The notes beneath the pieces are model-generated. The model did not search any database. It had not been told where the DNA came from and was given only the letters and a program-made list of their open reading frames with translations. This document shows positions 41,827 to 52,064 of a DNA stretch of 64,000 nucleotides, piece after piece. The stretch's first letter is position 1. Each line of letters begins with the position of its first letter. The translations under genes were made by a program, and so were the position numbers. This DNA is from an archaeon (lineage in GTDB: Archaea; Nanobdellota; Nanobdellia; Pacearchaeales; GW2011-AR1): NCBI GenBank assembly GCA_043797265.1, contig JAZDPV010000012.1:58016-122015 (forward strand), written 5' to 3'.

Positions 41827-42034
41827 TTCCACATCAAAGTTATCACATTTATATAATTATCCATCTCCGAATAAACTATTTTCAAAACTTTATAATCCAT
41901 TTTTTATAAGCCTCTTTCTTATTCCCCTTCGAAATTATATAATCCGGCATTTCAATCGTTCTCTCAACATCTTGTATTTGAATGCCTCTTTCGACTAATC
42001 TCTCTTTTGCATGACGAGATAAAACCATTCTCAT
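41823..42034 (-). pseudogene. DUF4258-like toxin, frameshifted at A6 run (41900-41905)
   Basis: MRMVLSRHAKERLVERGI...PD...; adding one A gives ...VLKIVY...INVITLMWK* with an ATGA overlap into DUF2283. Confidence 0.75.
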
Positions 42035-42163
42035 TAGATTTTATAAAAACCAAACTATAAAACTGTTTTCATTAATCTTCTCATTTCCAACATTCTAAAA
42101 GAATTCTTACACTACTTGAGTGCCACCAATTCCTCCTAACAAAAAATCCAGCACCAAGCTCTC

Positions 42164-42262
42164 ACTCACAGGCGAAGCCGAACCCAAGAAAAATTTCTTT
42201 GAAATTTTTCAAACTCACAGCGTCGACAAAATCGACGCGAACTCACAGCGAAGCGAACTGCA
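42164..42262 (+). repeat. heptamer/hairpin-cassette array
   Basis: actcaca+ggcgaagcc, gaaaaatttc-ttt-gaaatttttc, actcaca+gcgtcgacaaaatcgacgc, actcaca+gcgaagc. Confidence 0.85.
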
Positions 42263-42275
42263 AGATAATCAAGAA

Positions 42276-42872
42276 TTACCTCGCCGCATCCGCAGCTTTT
42301 TCCGAATCATTCCTCTTAGAAATCGCATAACTCTCACTCGAATTTGCCGCCGCCAACATCAACTCTTTCGCCAACGCCTCGACAATCGTCGCCTTCTTGT
42401 TGAATGCTTTGTCATAAGAACCATTAACAAAATATCTCAAAACTAAATTCAATCTTCTCCTCGGCGAAACGTCAACCGCTTGCGGATATTTTGCCCCGCC
42501 ATACTCAATCGACGTAACCTCATCTCTCGGCGCCGCATTCTCAATCGCCCTCATAAAAACTCTCAACGGATTTTCCCCCGTGCTCTTCTCGATAATCTTA
42601 AACGCATCAATCACAATCTTCGTGCACCTCGTCTGCTTCCCACTAATCCACCCAGTAATAATCCGGTGCTTCTTCCCCCTCGAGCCCGGCACCTGCAACA
42701 AATTAACCAATCTCTCGACGACATTCACCTTCGCTCTCGTCGGGTCCCACTTAATTCGCCCATGACTTTTTAACAACAACTTCGGCGACAAATTCACAAC
42801 CTTCTTCAATCCCGGGTCCTCAACTCGAACCTCCGACGCATCAAACAACCCAAAAACTTTCATCTCAACCAT
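42276..42872 (-). CDS. rps7: 30S ribosomal protein S7
   Basis: VERLVN, AIENAAPRDE...YGG..YPQAVDVSP.RR, ALAKEL. Confidence 0.96.
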   Translation of the reverse strand: MVEMKVFGLFDASEVRVEDPGLKKVVNLSPKLLLKSHGRIKWDPTRAKVNVVERLVNLLQVPGSRGKKHRIITGWISGKQTRCTKIVIDAFKIIEKSTGENPLRVFMRAIENAAPRDEVTSIEYGGAKYPQAVDVSPRRRLNLVLRYFVNGSYDKAFNKKATIVEALAKELMLAAANSSESYAISKRNDSEKAADAAR

Positions 42873-42873
42873 T

Positions 42874-43086
42874 TTAAAAAATATTTGACCCACAAATTAC
42901 TGAATTTATTTTACTAGACCTACCAAACAAATAAATTTCACGCTGACCCCTCTCTTTGTCTTCTTCTCTAATAATCGTCATATCACCAAAACATTCGACA
43001 TCTACAAGACTATCATACCTACTCGCAAAATTATCATTACCAAAATCAGGGTTCTCAAAATCTCTTAATTTTTTTTCTTTCATCAC
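42874..43086 (-). CDS. hypothetical protein inserted between rps12 and rps7
   Basis: 70-aa ORF with GGAGG SD, abutting the rps7 start. Confidence 0.5.
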   Translation of the reverse strand: MMKEKKLRDFENPDFGNDNFASRYDSLVDVECFGDMTIIREEDKERGQREIYLFGRSSKINSVICGSNIF

Positions 43087-43176
43087 ATCAACCCTCCAAC
43101 AAAATCCGTGTTAGTCCGTGTTAGTCCGTGTGCTATTTCTCCAGTTGCACAACTCAAACCAATCCGCCCAAGCCCC

Positions 43177-43255
43177 GCACGAAGTACAACCATCGCGTCG
43201 AAGACGCAACCATCGCACGAAGTGCAACCATCGCGTCGAAGACGCAACCATCGCG
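43177..43255 (+). repeat. AACCATC heptamers alternating with two GAA-loop hairpins
   Basis: gcacgaagtac-aaccatc-gcgtcgaagacgc-aaccatc-gcacgaagtgc-aaccatc-gcgtcgaagacgc-aaccatc. Confidence 0.9.
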
Positions 43256-43272
43256 ATAAAATGTAAGACATT

Positions 43273-43695
43273 TTATCGCCGTCCCTTCTCAATCTTTCCC
43301 ATCCACAATCTGTCCAAAGGTTGGTCATTTACTTTTATAACTTGAAATCTAATTCCAGACAAATCTCCTTTCGTCCGTCCCTGCTTCCCGCCAATTCTCT
43401 CAATCACAACCTCGTCATGCTCATCGATAAAAGTCTGTGCCAAATTCCCCGGAATAAACGCTGTAATCTCTTTCCCATTTTTAATCAACTGAACCTTGCA
43501 ACATTTTCTCATCGCTGAGTTCGGTTGCTTCGCCTCTTTCTGAACTTTCTTAATTACAATTCCCTTCGCCTGCGCCGCTCGTCCAATCGGGTCGAACTTC
43601 AAACTAATTCCAAGTCGCCTTTTCTTGTACGGCAATTTATTATCACGAAATTTCTTTCGGTCCTTCTTTAACTTTCGCCCACTCATTATTCCCAT
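43273..43695 (-). CDS. rps12: 30S ribosomal protein S12
   Basis: EAKQPNSAMRKC.KVQLIKNGK..TAF.PG...FIDEHDEV; start set at MGIMSG. Confidence 0.96.
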   Translation of the reverse strand: MGIMSGRKLKKDRKKFRDNKLPYKKRRLGISLKFDPIGRAAQAKGIVIKKVQKEAKQPNSAMRKCCKVQLIKNGKEITAFIPGNLAQTFIDEHDEVVIERIGGKQGRTKGDLSGIRFQVIKVNDQPLDRLWMGKIEKGRR

Positions 43696-43832
43696 GATAC
43701 TTAAGTGAAAAATCCCTTTAAAAACTTTTAGCAAAAGTTTTTGATGAAACATTTTCAATATTACTTTTATAAAACTTCCTCTCTCTAAAAATTTTAATAA
43801 CATTTCCCTACAACTTAATCCCCCACCCCCAA

Positions 43833-43998
43833 TCCGCGCCCCGCGCGGAGCGGCGAAGCCGCCGTAAATCCGAGAACCGAAGGTTCTCCAAAATCCCCTC
43901 CCCGTTCCAAAATCCCCTCCCCGTTCCCAATTCCCCTCCCCGTTCCAAAATCCCCTCCCCGTTCCCAATTCCCCTCCCTGTTTCAATTCCCCTCCCCA
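43833..43998 (+). repeat. hairpin head + ~6 x 19-bp C-rich tandem repeats
   Basis: Three hairpins followed by (ccaaaatcccctccccgtt)n; near-identical head at 63874. Confidence 0.92.
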
Positions 43999-44219
43999 TA
44001 AAATTTTAGATTCGGGTTGTCCGTCGTGAAGCAATGAACAGTGCCAGCGAACAACTCGCTTCCTCGAAGAGGTTCTTATGCCCCGAAGGGGTATCTCGAA
44101 AAATCCTGACTATCTTTCAAAAATATAAATTGCGAGATAAAAAATTTTAATTTGCATTAAATTGTAAACAAAGTTTACCAAACTAAGAGAATATACAGCG
44201 AAGAGAAATATCTCCCACA

Positions 44220-44645
44220 CTAAATAATCTTCAACCTAACAATCCCAAAAAAATTTCTCAAAACATCAGCTAACTCTTTCTCCCTCTGTCGACCTCGCCC
44301 AATCAACGCCGCCTTGCTTTGCCGCCCAGCCGTAAGAATAGCCGAATCATCCTTTACTTCAATCTTGTTAAAATCAATCGGCGCGACAACATCCTCGACA
44401 AATTTCCCAATCTCCTCCGAGCTATCCACCGACGGCATCGCGACAACTTTTATTTTCCTTCGCAAAATTTCATTCAACCTCTTGACATTAACCGCCCCTT
44501 TCCCAATCGCCAAAGAAACCTTAGACTCCGGAACCGCAAAAACAATTTGATTATTATAAAGAAAAACTTTCATCGTCTGAACCTGCGTCGTCCTCTCAAA
44601 CAAATTAATATATCTCATCAACTGCATATCAATCGTCCCCGCCAT
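44220..44645 (-). CDS. nusA: NusA-like KH-domain transcription factor
   Basis: AIGKGA.NVK, KAALIGRG; rpl30e-nusA-rps12 context. Confidence 0.9.
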   Translation of the reverse strand: MAGTIDMQLMRYINLFERTTQVQTMKVFLYNNQIVFAVPESKVSLAIGKGAVNVKRLNEILRRKIKVVAMPSVDSSEEIGKFVEDVVAPIDFNKIEVKDDSAILTAGRQSKAALIGRGRQREKELADVLRNFFGIVRLKII

Positions 44646-44757
44646 CACAATTCCCTCCTAAAAAATCCGTGTTCATCCGTATAATCCGCGCCAATCCGTG
44701 TTTTATTTCCTCTAACATAATTTATATCAAACAACCCATCTCGTCTACTATCTACCA

Positions 44758-44997
44758 TTATTTTTTCAAAGAAAAAACTTCACACTCGAAGTCAAGATTT
44801 AATTCCTTGGCAACATCTTCCTTCGACTTCAAAACATCAAACTCAATCCTCGCACTCTCCAACTTCTCAACAGTTTCATCTCGAGTATCTCTGCAAATAA
44901 AAACTCCCTTCAAATTTTTCCCACCCTTCAACGCCTCTCTCAATCCAAAAGAAACCTTTCCTTTTTCCATCGCTTCCGCCAAATCTTTTACCGTCAT
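44758..44997 (-). CDS. rpl30e: ribosomal protein L30e-like (short)
   Basis: GKVSFGLREALK motif; position between rpoA and nusA. Confidence 0.75.
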   Translation of the reverse strand: MTVKDLAEAMEKGKVSFGLREALKGGKNLKGVFICRDTRDETVEKLESARIEFDVLKSKEDVAKELNLDFECEVFSLKK

Positions 44998-47900
44998 TTT
45001 TTACTCCTCTTGTCAGCCAAACTTCCAGTAACTTTTACCAACAACCCCGGCAATCCCGTCCCGACCGGAACCGGCTGATTCAAAATAATATTCTCAATCA
45101 CCGACGCTAATCTGTCCTTCTTCCCCGTCTTCGTCGCTTGAATAAATTGTTTAACCGGTGTCTCAAAAGATGCCCTCGCCAAAATCGAACTCTTGTCAGA
45201 AATAATTCCCATTCTCGTAATCCCTTTTACCACGCCCGAACCAACCATCGTATCCGCAATCAACATCGCGTGCTTACCATCAACCGCCAATCCCTGCGAA
45301 CCAATCATCTTGTTAATCTCGTTTATAATCAATTGCCGTGCCGCCTCAATCCCAAGAACACTCGCAACCTCATGAATATCATTGCTCAAAACCTTATCGC
45401 CATCAACCCCTTTGAAAACCAAAACATCTTTCAAGTTTGAACCCGCCGTCAAAATCACATAATCTTTCCCTCTCTTGACAACCAAAACCTGAGAAATCTT
45501 TTTAATCCCCGTCAAAATAACTTCCTTAATTTTTTCCTTAGTTTTATAAATAGTTTTAAAATCTTCTTTCGTCATATCCAACACAAATCCATCAGACAAT
45601 TTCTTTACATTATAACCTTTCACCTTCAATACCTCCGCAACTTTATCCATTCCAATATGAACCGACTTCAATGCCTTCGCATCAATACTAATTTTAATTT
45701 TCTTCGCCCCAAAATCAATTCCAATTTCAGAAATAATTTCCTTTAATTTAACTTCCTTGATTTTCTCCGCAACAATCTTCGCATCTTTTTCATTATTATG
45801 TTCCTTATCTAAACAAATTTCCATCGACGGTGTTTTCGGCAACTTCCTCGCATCCAAAATTTCAATAATACGTGGCAATCCTTGCGTAACCTGCATCTCA
45901 GCGACACCAGCAGAATGAAACACGTTCAAAACCATTTGTGTCGACGCCTCACCAAAAGATTGAGCAGTCACGACACCAATCGCCTCACCCGGAGCAACTT
46001 TTTTATCATTGTGTCTCTCAGAAATATCCACGCCATCAATGCCATACACAAACTGAACAATATTATTTGAAGCGTCTCTAACCGTCCCATCATAAGCCAT
46101 AACCAAATCCTGCAACGCATTCGCCAATCTTCTATACAAGTAACCAGACTTCGGCGTCCTAAGCGCAACATCCATTAAACCATCTCTTCCCGTCATTGCA
46201 CCAAAGAAAAATTCATCAGGCTTGAACCCATCCATCAACGAACTATAAACAAACCCACGCGCCCTCGGCGACAAATCATTTTTCTTGAAAAACGACAACG
46301 TCCTTCCAGTATACCCAAAATCAATTCTCCTCCCGTGCAAAACTTGTTGTCCAACCGAACATGCAATCTGAGTAATATTCAACATACTACCCGACGCTCC
46401 AGACCCAATCATCTTCCTCGCCAAATTATCTTTCGGAAAACCATCCTTAACGACATCCCCAATCTCAGTCCTTGTCTCGTTAAGCACTTGCAAAATCTTC
46501 GTCTCCCTCGTCTCCTCCGCACTCTTCCCAGGCAACAAATCCAAACTCTTGTTATAATAACTCTCTATAATCTCTTCCGTCTTCAATTCAGCAGTCTCTA
46601 TAATTTTCTCAGTTTTTTTCTTAACAGCGTCGGGAACGTTCAAATCATCAGCCGAAAGCGTAAACCCAGTCCTCGACAAAAAAATCGTCCCCAACATAAA
46701 AACCTGTCTCAATAATTCCATTGTCGCATCCCTACCCAACTTTTTATCCGCCGCCCTCAAAACATCGCCCCGACCCGTCTTGAAACTCGTCGCATTAAAT
46801 TTCCCAGCAACTTCCTTCGGCACAATCTTCCCAAAAATATCTGCTCCCGAATTCATCTTATTCAAACCGCTAACTTTAATCCCCGACTCATATAATAATT
46901 GCGTCGCATCTTCTTTGTGTAATTCCGACTCATTCAAAATAAAATTCCCTAAAACAGAATCCTTAACACACCCAATAAAATTCATATTATTCTTTGGTGA
47001 AAATAAATTAGCATTAACATTCAAAAGCAACTTCGCCTCGGCTCTTGCCTCTTCAGTTTGTGGCGCATGAATATTCATTTCATCTCCATCAAAATCCGCA
47101 CCATAAGGAACACAAGTAGCCGGATGAATTCTAAAAGTTCTACCCGGAATTATCTTGATAAAGTGCGCCATCAACGAAGCCCGATGCAAAGAAGGATGTC
47201 TGTTAAACAAAACCACATCACCGTCGACGAGCTGTCTCTCGACGATATACCCAACCTCCAACTCCTCCATCAACTCCTCTCTCAAATCATCCGTAATTTT
47301 TTTCCTTTTTCCATCCGACCTAATAATATAATTCGCCGCCGGATATTCCGTCTTACCAACCAACGCCTTCATTCTTTTCATGTTAACGCTCGTCACTCTC
47401 TCTGCAACCGTCAAAATTTTCGCAACCTCAATCGGAATCCCAACTTCGTTCAATCTCATATTAAGGTCGGGCGAAATCACCGTTCTCGCAGAATAATTAA
47501 CTCTCTTCCCCGCCAAATTCTTTCTAATCCTTCCCTCTTTACCTTTAATCCTCTCCGTAATTGTCTTCAACGGTTGCCCACTCCTGTGCCTCGCCGGCGG
47601 AATCTTCGCAATCGAATTATCAAAAAAAGTCGTAATATGATATTGCAACAAATCCCACAAATCCTCGATAATAACTTCCGGCGCCCCAGCATTCAAATTT
47701 TCCCACAACCTCTGGTTCGACCTGATAATATCCGACAACTTGTGAGTCAAATCATCCTCTGACCTCTCCCCAGACTCCAAAGTAATCGACGGACGCACAG
47801 TCACCGACGGCACCAGCATCAAAGTCAAAATCGTGCTCTCTGGTCTCAACGTCGCGGCATTAATCCCAAGAATTTTCAAATCAGCGTCGCTAACTTTAAC

Positions 47901-48398
47901 CAACCTTTCCCTAATCTCCGACGGAAATAATCTTCTTCGCCCACTCCTAAAAGTCGTCGGCTTCTCCAACTTCACCCTTTCCTGAATAATTCCACAATGC
48001 GGACACTTCTTCCCATCCTTCGCCTTCTTAATTCTCCCAATCAAACCCTTCGCCAAATCTTTCTCATCCTTAATCAAAGCTTTCCCGCACGCCTCACAAG
48101 TGCACCTCAAAACCAAATCGATAATCGGCAAATATTTTATATGAATCACCGGACGCGCCAACTCAATCATCCCTGGATGCCCAAGACATTCTTTCAACCG
48201 CCCGCCACAAGTCCGACACCGAACCCCGGGGTCAATCGCGCCAAGCCTCAAATCCATCAAACCACCGTCGACAGGATAACCATCAACGTCATACAACTCC
48301 GGCGTCACAATCTTCGCAACCGACAATTTCTTAATCTGCTCCGGATTCAACAAACAAAATTCCATCCCCTTAACCTGCTTCTTCACCGGCCTATTCAT
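44994..48398 (-). CDS. rpoA: RNA polymerase subunit A, fused A'+A''
   Basis: Zn motifs, GKRVNYSAR, ADFDGD, SGYLYRRL, then directly PGEAIG...TQM..., GLPRIIE, LGIEAAR, ARASFE. Confidence 0.96.
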   Translation of the reverse strand: MNRPVKKQVKGMEFCLLNPEQIKKLSVAKIVTPELYDVDGYPVDGGLMDLRLGAIDPGVRCRTCGGRLKECLGHPGMIELARPVIHIKYLPIIDLVLRCTCEACGKALIKDEKDLAKGLIGRIKKAKDGKKCPHCGIIQERVKLEKPTTFRSGRRRLFPSEIRERLVKVSDADLKILGINAATLRPESTILTLMLVPSVTVRPSITLESGERSEDDLTHKLSDIIRSNQRLWENLNAGAPEVIIEDLWDLLQYHITTFFDNSIAKIPPARHRSGQPLKTITERIKGKEGRIRKNLAGKRVNYSARTVISPDLNMRLNEVGIPIEVAKILTVAERVTSVNMKRMKALVGKTEYPAANYIIRSDGKRKKITDDLREELMEELEVGYIVERQLVDGDVVLFNRHPSLHRASLMAHFIKIIPGRTFRIHPATCVPYGADFDGDEMNIHAPQTEEARAEAKLLLNVNANLFSPKNNMNFIGCVKDSVLGNFILNESELHKEDATQLLYESGIKVSGLNKMNSGADIFGKIVPKEVAGKFNATSFKTGRGDVLRAADKKLGRDATMELLRQVFMLGTIFLSRTGFTLSADDLNVPDAVKKKTEKIIETAELKTEEIIESYYNKSLDLLPGKSAEETRETKILQVLNETRTEIGDVVKDGFPKDNLARKMIGSGASGSMLNITQIACSVGQQVLHGRRIDFGYTGRTLSFFKKNDLSPRARGFVYSSLMDGFKPDEFFFGAMTGRDGLMDVALRTPKSGYLYRRLANALQDLVMAYDGTVRDASNNIVQFVYGIDGVDISERHNDKKVAPGEAIGVVTAQSFGEASTQMVLNVFHSAGVAEMQVTQGLPRIIEILDARKLPKTPSMEICLDKEHNNEKDAKIVAEKIKEVKLKEIISEIGIDFGAKKIKISIDAKALKSVHIGMDKVAEVLKVKGYNVKKLSDGFVLDMTKEDFKTIYKTKEKIKEVILTGIKKISQVLVVKRGKDYVILTAGSNLKDVLVFKGVDGDKVLSNDIHEVASVLGIEAARQLIINEINKMIGSQGLAVDGKHAMLIADTMVGSGVVKGITRMGIISDKSSILARASFETPVKQFIQATKTGKKDRLASVIENIILNQPVPVGTGLPGLLVKVTGSLADKRSKK

Positions 48399-48741
48399 TA
48401 TCTGTTGCCTCCAATTCTTCAATCAAACTTCGCAATCTAAAACTTTTTCCAAGCCCCTTTACAAAATTAACTGGGCTTCTTATAACAGAAAAAGAACAAC
48501 GTTCATTATGAGTGATTGTTCCCCCGTCAATTTTAACAGAATCATCGCGAACCAGTATATAATAATCCCCACTTCTAAAAACATTAGTATCAGGCCAACC
48601 CTGAGCTCGCCCCATCCCGATATAATTTCCAATAACAACTTCATCTTGAGGATACAATTGAACCCTATAATTTTCTCCTCTTATAAATCCGTGTTCGTCC
48701 GTGTTCGTCCGTGTGCTAATTTTCTTCAATACCATAATCAC
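48391..48741 (-). CDS. hypothetical protein inserted between rpoB and rpoA
   Basis: 116-aa ORF overlapping both neighbours; N-terminus contains a 10-mer repeat; carries the rpoA SD. Confidence 0.55.
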   Translation of the reverse strand: MIMVLKKISTRTNTDEHGFIRGENYRVQLYPQDEVVIGNYIGMGRAQGWPDTNVFRSGDYYILVRDDSVKIDGGTITHNERCSFSVIRSPVNFVKGLGKSFRLRSLIEELEATDNE

Positions 48742-51700
48742 TCGTACTTATTTTTGAGCTCAAATTTAGTTAACAAATGTAAACCCTGCAACTCCTCAAT
48801 CAACAACTTGAACGCATACGAAACCTCGACGGGCTCAACCTGATTCGAATGACAAAGCGAACAAACTTTCTTGTTATGAATCTGGTCATCGATAACAATC
48901 GACCCGCACTTCGTGCAAATATTAATCACGACCTTGTCCGAATCATATCTCTCTTTCAACAACAGCGACGCCCCATGCCCAACTAACGCCTCTTGCTCCA
49001 TTTCCCCAAGTCTCAAAGCTCCGCCTCGCGACCGTCCCTCAATCGGCTGTCGCGTCAACAAAGCAATTTTCCCCGACGCTCGCGAATGCATCTTGTCCGC
49101 AACCATATACTTCAATTTCAAATAAAACATATTCCCAATAAAAATCTTCACAGGCATCCGCTTCCCCGTAATCCCGTTATACATTACCTCTTTCCCATTC
49201 TCTCTAAATCCAAGCTTCTTCAAATTATTTTCCAAACTATCAATCTTCTCCCCCGAAAAAGCCGAAGCATCAACAATTCTCCCAGACAACGCAGCAACCT
49301 TTCCAGCCAAGACATCCATCAAATAACCAACCGTCATACGCGAAGGTATACCATGCGGATTAAACATTATATCAGGACGTATACCACTAACCGTAAACGG
49401 AACATCACACTCCGGCACAATCATTCCAAGTATACCCTTCTGCCCATGAGGAACAGAAAATTTATCGCCAATCTCAGGAATTCTCAACTCTCTCGTTCTC
49501 ACATGAACAACCATGTTCCCCTCTTGGTCCTGTGTCACAAAAACAGCGTCGACAATTCCCGTTTCCTCTTGCCTAATCGCCGAAGAATTTTCCTTTTTAG
49601 TCTGAATAGAAATCTCCCGCGCCTCACTCAAAAACTTAGGAGGGCTAACTTTCCCAATGACAATTTCTCCCTCGACCATCTCGGCCTCAGGAAACACAAT
49701 CCCATCATCTTCCAAAAATCTATAATTTTCCTCAAGTCTATAACCCGAAACATCTTTGTTTGGAACAGTTATCTCATCTTTAAGTCCACCAGCATAATTC
49801 AACTCAATCGAAGTATACGGCCTGAATCGCGAACTCCTGCCAAATCCTCTATCAACAGAACCGCCATTCAAAACAGTCGCATCCTCCATATTATAACCTT
49901 CATAAGGCATAACCGCCAAGACAACATTCTGCCCAACTGGATGAACATCTAAAGTGTCATAAATAAAACTCCTCACCAACGGCTTTTGTGGATAATGCAA
50001 AAGCGAAACATCCGTATCAATCCTCACCGGAAAATTCCCAGCATAAATTCCAAGTCCCTGCCTATAAGCTCTCGAACCGCCCTTTACCATTCTCGCCGGC
50101 GGGTCATGGTCAGCAAACGGAATCAATGAAACACTAACTCCAAAAATATCTATCGCATCAATTTCCAAATGCGTGTGCTCCTTCGTCAAATCTTTCTCAT
50201 CCAAACAAACATAACAATCATCTTCCTCAGCCGCATCCAGATATTCCAGAATCCCTTTCTCAAACAAACCCTCCCAAGTCAAAACCCCATCCTTGACCAA
50301 TTCAAGATGCTCGTTCTTCAACCTTGAAACTCCATCCTCGACGACAATCAACGGTCGAATCACCCGCCCAATTTCAGAACTAATAAAAACCGTATCCAAA
50401 AACCTATCAAACCTCACAGAAACTTCAAACGGCAATCTCCCCTCTCTCCTAAAATTCCTAACTTTCCCAATAAACTTATCAACATCATCAACAGCCCCAA
50501 TAAATCTCCCGTTATAAAAAACATCAACAGCCCCCTCGATATCTTCCATCCCAGAATCTCTCAATACTTTCAAAACATTATCATATTCTATCGTCGTCCT
50601 CGTCGAAATTCTCGCCAACAAAGCCAAATTTTTCCTAAGCCCAATCTCCGTTCCCTCTGGAGTTTCAATCGGACAAAACCTGCCATAATGAGTTGGATGA
50701 ACCGTCCTCGCCGCCAAATTTTCCTGCTCGCCCGGCAAAGTCGAAGTCACCCTCTGTAACTGCGACATAACCGCAAACGAATTATTATGGTCCATATTTT
50801 GCGTCACGCCACTCCTTTCTCCAATCCACGAGCCAGTCGCAATCGCCGATTCAACCCGATGAGTAAACAAAGTAGATTTCGCAATCGTCTTTATCGAATA
50901 AAACTTCCGCCTCTTCACCGTCTTTTGCAAAGTATGCTGGACCTCTCTCAAAAGAATATTAATATTAACCCTAAACAAATCAGACAACAAATCCCCGGAC
51001 AACCTCACTCTCTTGTTCGCATAATGGTCCTTGTCCGTCATCGCCACGCCGGGATTTTCTCTCGCAACATAAAACTGTTTTATAAATTTACAAAGCGTCC
51101 TCGCCTTTTCCAGCCTCGAAACCTTATCTAAACCAATGTGCGGCAAAAAATACGAATCAATCCTCTGCTTAACTCTATCCAACATTTCTTTATTCGTCCC
51201 TTGCAACGAACTTTTCTCCGCAATCCACATCAAAGCATCATTAACATTTCCCGTGCCCGCAAATTCATAAAGATTCACAATCAAACCATCCGTCTGCTTC
51301 CCAATTAATTTCACAATATCAGCGTCGCTCGTCAACCCCAACGCCTTCAACAAAACAATCGCCGGAATATCCCTGAACCTCGAAAACGAAATCTCCAAAA
51401 TTCCAAAAGGATTTTCAACCAACGAAACCGGAATTTTATACGCCCCTCTCTGAGAAAACAATCTCAACATCAATCTATTCCTCGTCTTCTGCCACTCAAC
51501 AAAAGTCTGATTCGACGCCAAATCCTCCGCCATCACCATAACTCTCTCATTCCCATTAATCAAAAAATAACCACCATGGTCTTTCGAATCAATATAATTT
51601 TTTATCAAATCCTCCTCGCTCATTCCATTAAGATTACAAACTCCACTCTTCACCATAATCGGAATTCTCCCCAACTGAACATCCTCGGTCTCAACCTGCC

Positions 51701-51992
51701 CCGCATAATTAATCATCATCTCCATCCAAATCGGTGCCGAATAAGTCAAGTTCCTAAGTCTGACTTCCGCCGGCATAACAGGTCTCGAAGAACCATCAGC
51801 CTCGACAATATTAGGTTTCCCGACGCGAATTTTCCCCAATTTAATTTCAAAATCATCCGTCGACAAAGAATTAGACAACTCCGTCACAATCTCCTGCATC
51901 CTGTTCTCAATAAAATCATTAAACGATTTAATATTTGACTCAACTAAAGAATGACTTTTCAAAAACTCTTTAACCAAAACATGCTCAGACAT
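48738..51992 (-). CDS. rpoB: RNA polymerase subunit B (single chain)
   Basis: RNLTYSAP, GGYFLINGNER, CPIETPEG, GYNMED, HGQKG, RLGEME, C-terminal Zn finger. Confidence 0.97.
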   Translation of the reverse strand: MSEHVLVKEFLKSHSLVESNIKSFNDFIENRMQEIVTELSNSLSTDDFEIKLGKIRVGKPNIVEADGSSRPVMPAEVRLRNLTYSAPIWMEMMINYAGQVETEDVQLGRIPIMVKSGVCNLNGMSEEDLIKNYIDSKDHGGYFLINGNERVMVMAEDLASNQTFVEWQKTRNRLMLRLFSQRGAYKIPVSLVENPFGILEISFSRFRDIPAIVLLKALGLTSDADIVKLIGKQTDGLIVNLYEFAGTGNVNDALMWIAEKSSLQGTNKEMLDRVKQRIDSYFLPHIGLDKVSRLEKARTLCKFIKQFYVARENPGVAMTDKDHYANKRVRLSGDLLSDLFRVNINILLREVQHTLQKTVKRRKFYSIKTIAKSTLFTHRVESAIATGSWIGERSGVTQNMDHNNSFAVMSQLQRVTSTLPGEQENLAARTVHPTHYGRFCPIETPEGTEIGLRKNLALLARISTRTTIEYDNVLKVLRDSGMEDIEGAVDVFYNGRFIGAVDDVDKFIGKVRNFRREGRLPFEVSVRFDRFLDTVFISSEIGRVIRPLIVVEDGVSRLKNEHLELVKDGVLTWEGLFEKGILEYLDAAEEDDCYVCLDEKDLTKEHTHLEIDAIDIFGVSVSLIPFADHDPPARMVKGGSRAYRQGLGIYAGNFPVRIDTDVSLLHYPQKPLVRSFIYDTLDVHPVGQNVVLAVMPYEGYNMEDATVLNGGSVDRGFGRSSRFRPYTSIELNYAGGLKDEITVPNKDVSGYRLEENYRFLEDDGIVFPEAEMVEGEIVIGKVSPPKFLSEAREISIQTKKENSSAIRQEETGIVDAVFVTQDQEGNMVVHVRTRELRIPEIGDKFSVPHGQKGILGMIVPECDVPFTVSGIRPDIMFNPHGIPSRMTVGYLMDVLAGKVAALSGRIVDASAFSGEKIDSLENNLKKLGFRENGKEVMYNGITGKRMPVKIFIGNMFYLKLKYMVADKMHSRASGKIALLTRQPIEGRSRGGALRLGEMEQEALVGHGASLLLKERYDSDKVVINICTKCGSIVIDDQIHNKKVCSLCHSNQVEPVEVSYAFKLLIEELQGLHLLTKFELKNKYE

Positions 51993-52005
51993 TTTTCACC
52001 TCTTC

Positions 52006-52044
52006 GAAAAGTGAAAAGTGAAAAGTGAAAAGTGAAAAGTGAAA
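52006..52044 (+). repeat. (GAAAAGT)5 heptamer tandem repeat
   Basis: Five perfect copies between rpoH and rpoB. Confidence 0.95.
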
Positions 52045-52064
52045 TAAAAAAAAATTTGTTTTTT

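Noticed and set aside
42060-42120. Duplicate of the EF-2 5' end upstream of the DUF4258/DUF2283 pair
   Set aside because: Looked for by analogy with RLI and nfo, but no convincing similarity was found
43696-44034. 112-aa N-terminal extension of S12 in the ORF track
   Set aside because: It is translated repeat DNA; a TATA-like box and the conserved start are at ~43695-43730
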